Part shown: positions 1 through 12,701 of the stretch, piece by piece
How positions within the stretch are numbered: the stretch's first letter is position 1
How the letters are laid out: every line of letters begins with the position of its first letter
Assembly (NCBI RefSeq): GCF_001194135.2
Contig: NC_068984.1
Span: forward strand, 47,106,816-47,170,815
Reading direction: 5' to 3'
DNA length: 64,000 nt
From: Octopus bimaculoides
Taxonomy: Eukaryota
Notes under the pieces: generated by a model
What the model was told of the DNA's origin: nothing
What the model saw: the letters and a program-made list of their open reading frames with translations, nothing else
Database searches by the model: none
Translations under genes and position numbers: made by a program

Positions 1-2
1 AC

Positions 3-92
<90 letters not shown>

Positions 93-149
93 GTATATGT
101 ATAGGTTAATATGTATATGTGTGTGTATATATATATATGTATATACATA

Positions 150-180
<31 letters not shown>
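1..180. repeat. Compound (AT)n/(GT)n microsatellite, representative of dozens of similar tracts, many flanking N gaps
   Basis: Directly visible dinucleotide runs. Confidence 0.95.
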
Positions 181-1599
181 TTCAGTGAGAGGATGAGTCT
201 GTGTGAGTTTGTATAGGGGTAAGTGTATTTGCTGATATTTCCATATATGTACCCAACATTGCAATCATTCAAAATGTTGACACTTATGAAGTAATGCAAC
301 TCAGGGTGATTTTCCGTAAATCGGATTACTATGGATCAGACAATACTAATCCCCACGCCTTTAAAGAAGCGTTGATTCACGACTTAACCCTGATATCTAT
401 AAAAATAAGAATAACAACATCGATATTAACCATATCTGCAGCAACATATTCATGTATGAGGCAATGGATCCTCAGTGCAAATCTTAGAAACGCATGCGCA
501 GACAGATATGCAAACTCCCAGATACATAAGTACACGTCAAAAAAGTATGCAAGGATGCATGCAAATTAAAACTAATATATTTTATGTAAGTTTATTAGAA
601 CACACACATACACGCACACGCTCACACACACTTAAGAACTCTCCCTTCCCATAATGCACGGCTTTCCTCCCCGTGGAACCGTCTAGAGCGAGGTTTTAGT
701 ATATATATTTTTAACATTCAACCGTATAAAATTGATGCAGACAGTATATCTTCATTTTGGCTTGGGCACTGGTGTTTTACTCTTGGCTAACCTATGGTAT
801 AGAAATTGCGTAGGAATTCAATCGTTTTCGATCTTGGCCACATAAACACTCTATTCTTCTCGTCACAGACTTACTCTGTACTTTTAGACTGATAGCGTTC
901 AAAGAAACCAGCGTAACTCGCTTTTCCCATCGAATATCCATTATACGGGGAAGGCATTCTTAGTGAAATAGCTCCGGCATTTTGCATATTCTCCTTACAA
1001 GCATATAGCAACCAAGACAACATACAATTATTTGCCGACCTTCAATATTGTGTCAATTGAATGTTAGTGTCAAGAGCATGAATTTCAGTCCAATTTCATA
1101 ATGCATCACTAGTACAGAGGGAGATTTATCATCAAGAATATACGTCATGATCATAGTAGTGCCTAAATACAAGAATGTATTATCAATAATTTCTGTCCAA
1201 ACATATGTTTGACTCAGAGTAGGCATTATCTGGAGCATGCTGCTATATTACGAATGTGATTCTTTTAAGATTGATTATTAGGACTAATGTATTGCATGCT
1301 ATCGATGGATCATCCATGTGATGCTACATGTCACTCAAGGTGTGAGCAACAAGATCTCAGTCGTTATCAAACAGGAATTCGCCTATTAGTAATGAGAGCA
1401 GTTATGTCTTTGTAATATCCTATATTCTATCCTATATTCATAATCCCGACCAGTTGTATGGTACCTTATGAAGACCCCCATCTAATCAACACTCAAAAAC
1501 CATCACAAAGTCACAGAAAAGTAAACTGCACACACTGTTGGGGAAGGTAAAGCCCATTGCTTCATAGTTTTGCAAAAAAAAAGAAAACTCAAGCAGCGA

Positions 1600-2000
1600 G
1601 CATACTAACCACGTTGACACTTGTTTTTATCGCATCATGGAGAGATCTAACCACAGAAACAACTTATGCGAAAACTCAAGCATCTTCAGAATGTTCCGTA
1701 AGGCATTTAATTCACAGAATTTCAATTCTCCTCAATGCATTTCCCTGATATTTTGTAACACGAATTATATTTGTTACCTACCTGCCATTTGTAAAACCTT
1801 ACTAAGATTCAAGGAAAACGTCCTCAATGTTGTATGTCTACCCAGCATAAAACTATACACCACAATGCCTACATCAGGGAGAAAAGATACTCCCAAGAAG
1901 TTCCCACAATCACCCTTCCTACCATTCCTTTTAAAGAGAAATACCAGTAGCATATCTTTCCACTTATTCGAAACTTTCTTTTTTAGCCAAATATTTTGTA
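1600..2000 (-). mobile_element. Degraded RTE-clade LINE, reverse transcriptase fragment
   Basis: Minus-strand translation gives GRKGDCGNFLGVSFLPDVGIVV and FLES**GFTNGR*VTNII, matching the RTE RT motifs KGD..DCGNYRGISLL and PESQCGFR.GRST.DMI; contains stops and frameshifts. Confidence 0.7.
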
Positions 2001-2112
2001 TTTAGTTAAAACTAGGAACAGGTTTTCATTTCCACATATCAAGTTTCTCAGCACAGGGATCATCCATCCCTAGCAACTAGTCATTATTTAATAACTTGAA
2101 TTTATTTTGAAG

Positions 2113-2229
2113 CCTTGTGAGTGGATTTGGTAGACGGAAACTGAAAGAAGCCCGTCGTATATACATATATATATATATACATGTGTGTGTNNNNNNNNNN
2201 TATACATATATATATATATACATGTGTGT

Positions 2230-2268
<39 letters not shown>

Positions 2269-2425
2269 GTGTCTGCGTTTGTTCCCCTACAGTACCGCTT
2301 GAAAACCGGTGACAACTGACTTAAAAAACATGTACTTGGCTCGATTCATTCGACTAAAAATTAAAGATGGCGCCCCAGCATCGCCGCACTCTAATGACTG
2401 AAACAAGTAAAAGAATAAAAGAATA
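2113..2425 (+). mobile_element. SINE family A (internal microsatellite), 5'-truncated
   Basis: ccttgtgagtggatttggtagacggaaactgaaagaagcccgtcg, then an (AT)/(GT) tract, then the tail ccagcat.gccgc...gactgaaacaagtaaaagaataaaagaata; the same blocks recur at 12570, 47790 and 52210. Confidence 0.8.
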
Positions 2426-3419
2426 CACACATGCACGCACACACACACACACACACACATATACATTTATTAAACATATATATGTATACACATATAAACA
2501 CATACTTGTAAATATATATATATATATATACATATGTGTGTGTGTGTGTGTGTATACATACATACATACATATCCAAATTCATGGAATGGACTTGGTAAA
2601 TTCGAGGTTACATATATTCTCTAGCAAGCAGACACTCGGAAGAAGTAATTACTCAAGGAGCAGTACTCCGCTCATCAAGGAAAAACATACCGTTTGTCAA
2701 ATGATGGTTACATTGCAAAATTCCAGTCTGTGTTGTAATATATCCTTATTCTGCGACTAGCATACTTTACTGGTAATTTCATTTTGTATGGATAGTTTTC
2801 TTTTTCAAAATAAACCACCTATAAAAGAGAGCTGAGATTCGCAGGAATGTTTTATGTTGTAATAGCTCGGATTTTATAGTCTCTCACTCTCTCTCTTTTT
2901 TTCTTTCTTTCTTTCTTTCTTTCTTTCTCTCTCTCTTCGTATGTATATATGTATATATACATACATAGAGAGATAGAGAGAAAGTATAAAATCCGAGTTG
3001 AAACAACATAAAACATTCCTGAGAATCCCGGTTGTGGTTTATATGTGGATGTTTTATCTTGGAGAAGAAAACTATCCATATAAAATGAAAATCCTGGTGC
3101 AGTATATTAGTCGCAGAATATGGATATATTAGAACACAGACCGGAATTCATGGTATCGCAATAACATAAATTCCTGTCTTGTTTTACATGCGCGTGCGTA
3201 TGTGTGTGCGCGTCTGCGTGTCTGTGTATGCGTGTGTGTATCTATATATATATAAGTATGCATGTGTAATTTTTTGGCATCATTTATCAAATGATAAATA
3301 CTTAGTTCTACAGAATTCATCACGATGACCATTTATTTTTACCTTCTATTAACTATTTGAGTTAGTTCCTATTAATTTATAGGCCATCAGACTAAATGCA
3401 TCATTATAGAATTGATACT

Positions 3420-4204
3420 TATGAGCTGGTATCAAAACATTCCCTGACTAGTTCTGTAGCGCGCTAACAAAAAGACATGGCAGCACACAGTTGCATGTGC
3501 AGTGAGACCTATCAGTGAGGCAGTGTTCCGAGTGGCATCGTTGTGTTTACTTTGGAAGCTGTGAAAAAATTTATCTGTGTGACCGCGTATACACGGTAGT
3601 CTGCGATTTTTATTATAGACTGGAAGTTGGGACAAAGGGCTTATGTGAAATGTTGTGTTAGATTTGGGAAGTCTGGTACAGAGACATTGAGTATGCATTG
3701 GGAAGCTTACGGCGATTAGGCAATCGATCGTACTCAATGTTCCGTGTGTTACGGGCACTTCAAAAGGTACGACAGAGCCGCAGGTCAATCAAGAGCATGC
3801 TGATCGTTTTTTCGACATCCACGATACTGTGCATCAAAAACTCGTCCGCTGGGGCCAGACCGTCAATCGAGAGTTCTACGGGGAGTTTTCGTCAAAACAA
3901 CTTGATATCGCTTCTGCACTCGCCCCATTCGCCAGATTTAGCACCTGCAGACTTCCATCTCTTCTCTAAGATGGAAATGCAGCTCAACAGTCGCCGTTTT
4001 AATGTTGTCGATATTTAGAGCGATTCGCAGAAAGTCCTCGACTCGCTTACAGAAAACAACTTCCAGGCTGGATTTCGAAGGTGGCAGGGACGTTGAGACC
4101 GGTGTATTGCTGCGAAAGTTTCCTATTTGGAAGTAGATGTTAAAACTTTGGTAAATAAGTTAGTTTTTATTAAGCAGTCCTGAACCTCTTCATACCACCT
4201 CGTA
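3420..4204 (+). mobile_element. Internally deleted mariner (Tc1/mariner) DNA transposon
   Basis: Imperfect TIRs tatgagctggtatcaaaacattccctgact and agtcctgaacctcttcataccacctcgta with TA ends. Translation HSPHSPDLAPADFHLFSKM...FRRWQGR*DRCIAAK...YLEVD matches the mariner YSPDLAP.D motif and C-terminus. Confidence 0.9.
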
Positions 4205-4910
4205 TGTGTATATGCATATGTGCATGTGTGTGTGTGTTCAAGTGAGAGAGAGAGTGATTAAGTGTGTCTGCGTCTGTGTGTGCATACATATATGTGCATG
4301 TGTGTGTGTTTAAGTGTGTGTGTATGTGCGTATGTGTTTGTGTGTGTGTGTAGTATTAGCTTACACTAGCAATTTTGTTCATAAGATTGTATGAAATCAA
4401 CGAAAGATCGAAAGACAATGCAATAAGTATTAATATATAAGAGGAGCTGCAATAGAGGAATAGATTAACAAAAATACGTTGGAAAAATTGGAAATAAAAA
4501 GAAAATACAAAGTTAATATTGAAAGATGAACGTTTCGTATAAAATTATGAAAATGAAACTTAGTTACAATGCAAAACTGGTTACGCTCTTGCTGCATTTG
4601 ATATGATATGACAGTAATATTTTTAAGACACTATCCATCTAATCCAGGTAGAAAGATACCAAGGCAAAATCAAATGCAACAGCTCAAATGGAAATTTAAC
4701 TATCGCTACTTTATGGCTTGTGATAAGACTTCAGATGTTGACTGTTCGAATCTTCTAACAGAAGCATATAGTCACTAACAGTCACTATTAGCCACTATTA
4801 ACCAACCTTTTCCCTTCTCTATCATAAAAGAAAAGTAAGTCTAGAAGTCAAAAAAAAAAAAAGATATTATCAAATTTTTTTAAGATTATTACGCATCTAG
4901 TATAAATCGG

Positions 4911-5489
4911 GGATCTATTTTAAAACGGGGGCCACATTTTTCATTAATGTTTTACGTTTGGTACCGAAAGACTTTCAAACTTCGTATACTTATCTATTTT
5001 GTGTTATAGAACAGAAAAATATGTTTGTATTCGAATTTATTTCATGTAAAAAATTGTCTTATTTCGATAATTTCGACCAATCACTGACAAGTATTCAGTT
5101 GTTTATATTTACTCCTTTGGCTGATTAAGCGATGTAAAGCGTATTTAATCTCCATACCTTCGTTTTATTTGCTTTTTTCATTTTAAATTTGCTTTAACCC
5201 TAACCCTAACCCTAACCCTAAGCTTAGGGTTAGGGTTAGTGTTAGGGTTAATTGTTTCAGAATCGTTTGTTTATGTAGTCGGCACTTAATGTATATCGGC
5301 TGAATGGACGTCAGTGATTGGTTGAAATTACAGAAATACGACAACTTTAACATGGAATAACTTGGGGATTTCTTTTTTTTAAAAGAAGACTAAGAGAAAA
5401 AGATGTTTTATATGACACATTCTACCAGTGTTCCAAGTTTCAAAGTGTTTAGTTAATGAAAAATGTGGCCCCCGTTTTAAAAAAGATCC
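4911..5489. mobile_element. 579-bp non-autonomous DNA transposon (MITE) with 37-bp TIRs and 8-bp TSD
   Basis: TIRs 4911-4947 and 5453-5489 (1 mismatch, begin GGATCT); TSD taaatcgg at 4903-4910 and 5490-5497; no ORF. Confidence 0.9.
5194..5251. repeat. Palindromic telomere-type repeat (TAACCC)4-AAGCTT-(TTAGGG)4
   Basis: 58-bp palindrome centred at 5222/5223 with one mismatch (ttagtg). Confidence 0.95.
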
Positions 5490-5491
5490 TA

Positions 5492-5708
5492 AATCGGTGA
5501 GCCGGCAGTGTGGTTAGCACGTCGATCAACATTCTTAGCGGCATTTCGTCTACTTTTATATTTAAAGTTAAAGTTCTTCAGAACTCAACTTTGCTTATCG
5601 TCCCCTTCACCATCGATAAAATAAATACTAGTCAAGTACTGAGATTGATGTAAACGATATCCCTCTCCCCTCAAAAACTACTAGTTCTGTGCCAAAATTT
5701 GAAACCAT
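5492..5708 (+). mobile_element. SINE family B (tRNA-derived head), diverged
   Basis: cggtgagccggcag...ttagcac...cttagcggcatttcgtc...tgtgccaaaatttgaaacc, homologous to the copies at 41309 and 41928. Confidence 0.8.
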
Positions 5709-5984
5709 CTTTACACTTCTGGTGTACAGGATATGTAAGCAAATTCAGACACATCTTTTAGAACAAAGGTATTTGTTGTCAACGAATGAATACAGAAAAG
5801 AAGGAATATTAAGAGGGAGATGCTAAAGAATGATTTCAATGTCCAAAATTAATATTGGCAGAGGCAACAATAGAAAATTGGTGTCATGAAACACATATGC
5901 TTCTATTGCTAGTACACTATTAATGTCGCCTGCTATTCATAAAATAATGAGGTCAATTGGCACATATGAAAGTAGACAGGGCAG

Positions 5985-6011
5985 GTGATTTATGTGATTT
6001 ATGTGATTTAT
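5985..6011. repeat. 9-bp tandem repeat x3 (gtgatttat)
   Basis: Three exact copies. Confidence 0.9.
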
Positions 6012-6019
6012 GAGTCATA

Positions 6020-6280
6020 TATAATGTTTAGACCTCTGAAGCGTTTCATGGAGACGTTCGAAGGAAACATCAAGTAATTATAGTTTTCCCTTAAAGCAAT
6101 TTGACAGAGGAAATAGGATTAATAAATTCATCAAACGGTACTCTATCATCGACAACGAAATAACAAACTGGTTGGAAGTTAAAACACGATGCCCTCAAAG
6201 CTGTGTCATCCTTTGCGATTAAATTTAGTTGCTGAATATATAGACTTGGCGGTAATGAAAGCAGGAAATATGAAGCAGAC
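6020..6280 (+). mobile_element. Degraded RTE-like LINE RT fragment
   Basis: IDNEITNWLEVKTRCPQSCVIL resembles the RTE motif ..SEWFEVKTGVRQGCV; heavily decayed. Confidence 0.5.
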
Positions 6281-6939
6281 AATGAAACATAAAAAAATCA
6301 CATAGACTATCTATAATTTGCAATCATCTCTTTTTGTTGTTTTCTTTTCTCTTTTCTTTTTCATCGACTGATCGTTAACTAAAAGAAGTGTAGAGTTAGC
6401 CTGGCAATATATTCAATTTAAAATTATCTTAAAATTGATACTAGAAAAACGTTAGTGATGACTACTAATCGAATTTAATTCTCCCGAAAATAGAAAAAGA
6501 AAACATACGGGCTGAAAGTTATATCTAACTGGGGAGAGTTTTTAGCTAAGATAACAGAACAAAAGTCGACATAACGGCCAGTATTAAAAACTAAGAACCG
6601 TAAGCGCACAGACAAGTTAATCAATATCACTGTAAAAAACACTAACTATTAAGTAGGTATGTTCAGCCGGTTCTCCTCCATGGGCGTTAACGTGTAATAA
6701 AAACAGATGCAAAGAAAACTTTTGCTTTTGCAATAACTCTTTCAGGAAACATTTAAAATTTTTACTATCAAAGTTGACTATTTTATTTATAATAGACTGA
6801 ATTACATCCAAGAGAGAATTTAAAGTTGTCTCATTCCATTTCATCAAACTGCTGTTCTTCTTGGTCGACACTGTTTTAATTCGGATACTTCTTTAGTAGT
6901 GTTATTAATTTTGTTAAAGAAGGCAACTCGTTTGCAGAA

Positions 6940-7130
6940 TCAATAGCAAGTCAGACAAAATGTCTAATTCCTTCCAGCTCTTTACGATCTGCGTTCAAAT
7001 TCTGCTGAGGTCGACTTTAGCTTCCAGCCTTTCAGGATGTTAAAATAAATTTCACTTGAACACTGGGAATTACGTAATATGTCTACCCCTATATCTTAAA
7101 ACAACTAGCCTTCTTCCAAAATGTGAAACC
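6940..7130 (+). mobile_element. SINE family B fragment
   Basis: gttcaaattctgctgaggtcgacttt...ccaaaatgtgaaacc. Confidence 0.65.
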
Positions 7131-8969
7131 ATAAATGGTCACAATTGGCTTTTGCTGTTATTGTCCATTAGGTATTGTGTTGTTCGCCTGGTAGTGGTAA
7201 GCAATTCTTCAGATACAAATCGGTTGATGTTCCATCTACTTTCATATATCACACAGACATCACATTAAAAAGGTGTATAGTCTAAATAAGTTGCACGTTT
7301 TTTGTTTGTTTTTAATGCCTGTGAGTACACTAAGTGAACTGAAGAAGACTTTCAGCAAGGAAATGAAATAATGTTATTCTGGTATTTTTGCTTAAAATGC
7401 TATGTACTAATGCAGAAACATGGTTTTAGTTTGTTTAACAAGTTCAATACTGCGTAGTATTATAATGCAACTTGTTAGTGTAGTATTCGGAGGGATTTAA
7501 TGTAATCGGTACAGAGGTAAGAATAGAGAACAGGATTGTGTATTATAAAGAGGTATATTAACGTATATTAAACTGTTTTATTGCGAAAATAACAAACTAT
7601 AACGAACAAACAATAATGAGAACGAGTGTTTGTGGCAAACTTAAAAGCTGCTTCAGATCAAAATTCCTAGAATAAACCACATTAACTATTCAAACTATCC
7701 GTGTCAACCCAAGAAATTTAACAAAGGTGTGAACATAACAAATTTTTCATTTTGCTTCATGGCGGAGAACAAAAAACCAAAATATCTCGAAACCTTCTGA
7801 TGAAAAAGAATACATACCCATTAAGTAATGCAACTGAATAAATATCTATCGCAACAGCAACAAACTGTCAAGAGCTACGGTAGAAGAGAAGGAGAGTTTG
7901 GTGAATGGTTATTGTTTTTTCTTCCACGCTTGAATGCAATTCTATTGTAAAATCCTGAATAATTAAAGCAGGAGAGAAGCTGAAACAATAATAACTTGTG
8001 GAAAATCTCCAACAGTATGATAATGATATCTTACAACACCAACTACTAAAATTAGTTAATATGGAGGCTATAATAAATTTAGTTGATATAATGTAAACGG
8101 TTATGTTTTGCCAGGATGGAAAATGAAACCTAGAGATATAAAAATAGAAGACCACCATGCAGTGATGAGGTGCAATTTTCAAAGATTTAACGCGAGCTAA
8201 GGAGAAGAAACTAGCAAAGGCTAAGGACTTATATAGGAATAAAATGTAATTGTCAGGTTGGTGTGGAAAGCTGGCATTAACAAATACGATTCAAAGCTAG
8301 AAAGGAAATGCTCCAATTAATTGCTCAAAATAAAAAAAATAAGTTTCTCTTGTAGAACTAATGCTAAGGAGAAGGGCAAATGTTTACGACAAATATTAGA
8401 GGATCTAGTATAGCTGTCGGTTACCATATCGTGAGAAATCCCCAATAACGTCATTGCTTTGGGTGGAAAATTATTTAACGTTCAAATCGTGAAATATCAG
8501 GAATATTGTTGCATATTTCCAATAAAATAAGACATTGCACAGCACCAGTATACGTACAATACTTATAAAATAAAACAACTATAATAGATACATAATGTCC
8601 TTCATCTGCATAATATTTGTGATGTAGATGTTGTTAGATAAAACCAACTCATGCAAACCGTCAGAATAAAAGGAAGTACAACTAAAACACAGGTCCCCAA
8701 ATCGTTATTAAATGGTCACGGATAGACACATCTCTTCACAGTTAAGACCTTTTTTTTAATCCTCTGGATAGAGTATTACAAGCAAGCATATGCAAAGCAA
8801 ATATGCGCTGCTATAAAAGATTGGAAACATTGCATGTTCAGTACAAAATGCCTTTTAAAGACTCATGTTCAGTCAGAGATCTTAAAAATAGAACTGAACA
8901 ATAACATCTAGATATATGTGTATCATATATAGATATATATACCTAGACTATGTCTAACTTAATAGCACC

Positions 8970-9945
8970 GCCGGGTAAATTTATTTAATGATTCATTTTA
9001 CTGTCATTGAATGAACACTATAGACCATGCGAGTGAAAAGTTCTTGTTCGCAGAATTACATAATGGTGTAGGCGTTTTATCTGGAACTTGTTTGAGACAT
9101 TTGCCCAGTGCCCGTTTGAATGCTATGAAATCTTTTCCTTCTCTTATGTGTCTTGGCTTAATATTAAAGAGAGCAGGGCGAGTTGAGGTGAATTAGCTGT
9201 GTCTTTGTGTACTGACGTGAAGCGAACAAGATTTTTGTAAAGGTAGGATGGCCTTGGGTGAATTTTAAATTTAATTCCTGTATTACTGGGACAGTGCTTT
9301 TGGAATATTTTTCACATCATACAAATAAATACCGCTCATGGTAACGTTCGAGGATCCCAATATTCAATACGTGATATCGTCTATTTATTTTTATGATCAA
9401 TCTGTGAGATATTTCATTTGTTATGATATTTCGTTTTGTGTAGGGAGATCATAGTGGGCAATAGTATTCAAGGTGAGGACAGCGATGGTGGAGAAGAAAA
9501 GGATAAAGGTAGGAGTCTCTCTAGATCGGAAAGTCCTGAGGGTTGAGGAGCAACTCTGCAGCCATGTCGACTTTGTTGTTTATATGGGTACTCTAGCGTA
9601 TCCTGTTGTTGACAGTCACTCAGAGGTCCCTGGTGCTGACTGATGCCACAAGATTTTCGCCCGAATGAAATGTGTATGGTAGTTTCAGTACAGCCTAAAT
9701 ATTGAAGTGAATTCATTGAAATTTAATCTCGTTTAGTGGCATATTGTTTTTCTGCCCATCGGATAAACACAATATGCAGATCTAACTGAACTTTTGCCCA
9801 GTCAACGGCCATCAGAAGTTTAGAGTCTTTCGCAAAAATTCTAATTCTGCTGTGTTTGATAACGTCAAAGATTTCATTGATGTAAATAGTGAAAATAACT
9901 TGGCCCTATACAATGCTTTGCGAAACTCCACAGATGACCCTTGCC
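8970..9945 (-). mobile_element. 5'-truncated CR1/L2-type LINE remnant (RT core to 3' end)
   Basis: Minus strand reads GVSQSIV*GQVIFTIYINEIFDVIKHSRIRIFAKDSKL (GVPQGS.LGP..F..YIND...FADD), then DL*VTVNNRIR*STHINNKV, then RPALFNIKPRHIR..FIAFKRALGKCLKQVPD; same type as 29680-30900. Confidence 0.8.
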
Positions 9946-9980
9946 GAGCATGATCGGTATCTATCATCATATAAGGGGTT

Positions 9981-10380
9981 CTTTCTATATATGCTTTCGG
10001 TGCGAATGGTTCGCAGGTGTAAAGGTAACACACTTAGTCACGTTAAAAAAGGTATGTGGGTCCGAGTCCCACGCGGATAGGAAAGCTTTTGTCGAACGCT
10101 TATATGTCCTGTTATTAGACTATTTTCCTTAGTCATTGCACGGAGATCGCCATAAGGTTAAAGCTTATATACAAATACCATTATTACTATTTACAGGAAT
10201 GTAAACTACAGCACCGTATAACAAAACCACTCGCACCGAAAGCATATATAGAAAGTTTGTTTACATAAAAACAAATACGAACTAATATAGGTCTTAAATC
10301 TGACAGAAGGAGGGAGGCTGGTTCCTTAATCATTGCACGGGGATCGCCATAAGCTTTAAACTTGTATAAAAATATCATTA
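9981..10380. repeat. Interleaved 31-bp inverted repeat and 59-bp direct repeat
   Basis: IR at 9981-10011 and 10225-10255 (1 mismatch); DR at 10125-10183 and 10322-10380 (about 8 mismatches, period 197). Confidence 0.8.
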
Positions 10381-10776
10381 TATATATANNNNNNNNNNNN
10401 NNNNNNNNNNNNNNNNNNNNNNNNNNNNNNNNNNNNNNNNNNNNNNNNNNNNNNNNNNNNNNNNNNNNNNNNNNNNNNNNNNNNNNNNNNNNNNNNNNNN
10501 NNNNNNNNNNNNNNNNNNNNNNNNNNNNNNNNNNNNNNNNNNNNNNNNNNNNNNNNNNNNNNNNNNNNNNNNNNNNNNNNNNNNNNNNNNNNNNNNNNNN
10601 NNNNNNNNNNNNNNNNNNNNNNNNNNNNNNNNNNNNNNNNNNNNNNNNNNNNNNNNNNNNNNNNNNNNNNNNNNNNNNTTACAAGTGATGCTATCTGTGG
10701 GATTCTCAGCTTTTTTAGCTGCTTTTTCTGAACTTCGGTATATGGTGAAGCAAATATTTGCTGATCCCTTAATTAT

Positions 10777-10821
<45 letters not shown>

Positions 10822-10849
10822 CTTATTTATTTATTGCGTGTGTGTGTGT

Positions 10850-11015
10850 GTGTGAGTTTGTTTTTCTCGCCTCACTAACGTTTAACAACCAATGCTGGTG
10901 TATTTATGTCCCCGAAACTTAGCGGTTCGGCAAGAGAAGCCGAGAGAATAAGTACTAGGTTTACAAAGAACAGGTCTTCAGGTCAAATGACTGAAATATG
11001 TAAAAGAGTAGAATA
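10850..11015 (+). mobile_element. SINE family A, 3' half
   Basis: acaaccaatgctggtgtatttatgtccccgaaacttagcggttcggc...aataagtactagg...caaatgactgaaa. Confidence 0.75.
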
Positions 11016-11355
11016 GTAATATATATATATATATACAGATACACACACAAGTATACACAGACACACACACATATGTAATAGGGAAGATCACGAAGACGCA
11101 GAAAGGAAACCGATCTTTGTTCCTTCTTCATTATTTTCATCATCGCCACAATTACTGAAATGATGATATTCATGATCATCATGTGAATGAATGCAGTAGC
11201 CATATCTCTGCTGGCAGAAAACCTTGTCTATGAACATGTTCTGACTGGCCTTACATAATAAATAATTTAAACTCTTCCACTGATACACCACACACACACA
11301 CAAACATACGCACACACACACACACACAGAGACACACATATATGTATATGTGTGT

Positions 11356-11389
<34 letters not shown>

Positions 11390-11537
11390 ATATAAATATG
11401 CATAAAAACATACATATATACATATATATATACACACACATACGTATCGCCGTCGCGTATATATTCATCTATTCATCCATCTATTCATACATACGTACAT
11501 ACATACATGTATATATAGATGAGTGTGTGTGTGTGTA

Positions 11538-11584
<47 letters not shown>

Positions 11585-12449
11585 ATATGTGTGTGTTTGT
11601 TTGTCTATCGATATATATTTGTTGAAATGCAAGCTTAAAATACAGTGATTATACTGATGGTAAAACGATCAACATACATCTTGCAGAGCTCAAGACTAAG
11701 CACTCAAGGAAACAACTACTAAATCAATATACTGACTACACAAATAGGCATAAGGGAAGATGTCAGCAATACGTAAAATTTTACAAACACTTCGTCATTC
11801 AAACAATATTGCTATACCTAGAAAAACATATGAGACTTGCTATTCTGAATTTAGAATTTATTCAACAGTATTATTTCTAAAAAATATGCTAAAAATATAT
11901 TTGTAAAAGCAAATGATAAGTTATAACAAATATTTTGCTTTTACACGATCAGACGGTGTTTTGGAAAAGAATATCTCTCGAAAGAACAATCAAAACATTT
12001 TTATAAGTCGAGAGGAATAAAGCATGGAGAATACATAAATATGTAAATACTTCCTCGTTCGCTGATATGTATTTGCATTATACTACGTCTCATTATCACC
12101 AACACACACGCGCACGTACATCCCCCTCACACACACAACATACACGTCTTGCGGAAATAAGAGTTTAACAGATTTAAGATATAAAATGAGATAAGGAAAA
12201 GTTAATGTCTCGCATTTTATAGATGTAATTATTAAAGGTAATTAATTTTATCTACTACCTGTTTCGGTGATGCTGGATGAATGAAACAATAAATTTATAC
12301 CGAGAAAGTTTTCTTTGAAAACCCGATCGAGGATTAATTATTCTAGAATTATCTCAGAGCAATGAACTTGCTTCCCAAGATTAATTACTATTATTTATGC
12401 ATAAAGCAAATGCTTAATTAGAAATTCTTCCACGGAAATTTGATTTACA

Positions 12450-12600
12450 TTGATGTGTGGTTAAGAAGTTTGCTTCCCAGCATTACAGTCCTGGATCGAG
12501 CCTCACTGCAAGGTTATTTGGGTAAATATCTTCTACTATAGTCCCACGTCAACCAAAACCTTGTGAGTGGATTTGGTAGACGGAAATTGAAAGAAGTCCG
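12450..12600 (+). mobile_element. SINE family A, 5' half followed by a (CA)n tract
   Basis: tgtggttaagaagtttgcttccc...ccttgtgagtggatttggtagacggaaattgaaagaag. Confidence 0.75.
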
Positions 12601-12614
12601 CAAATTATAAATAT

Positions 12615-12701
<87 letters not shown>

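Noticed and set aside
876-1040. 55-codon open minus-strand frame ending at a GTAAGT donor
   Set aside because: No convincing acceptor and no recognisable homology.
5194-5251. Real telomere or chromosome-fusion scar
   Set aside because: Only 4+4 units, in the wrong orientation for a fusion, and enclosed by TIRs and a TSD.
9441-9545. Exon-like plus-strand segment (EIIVGNSIQGEDSDGGEEKDK)
   Set aside because: It is the antisense strand of the CR1/L2-type LINE remnant.
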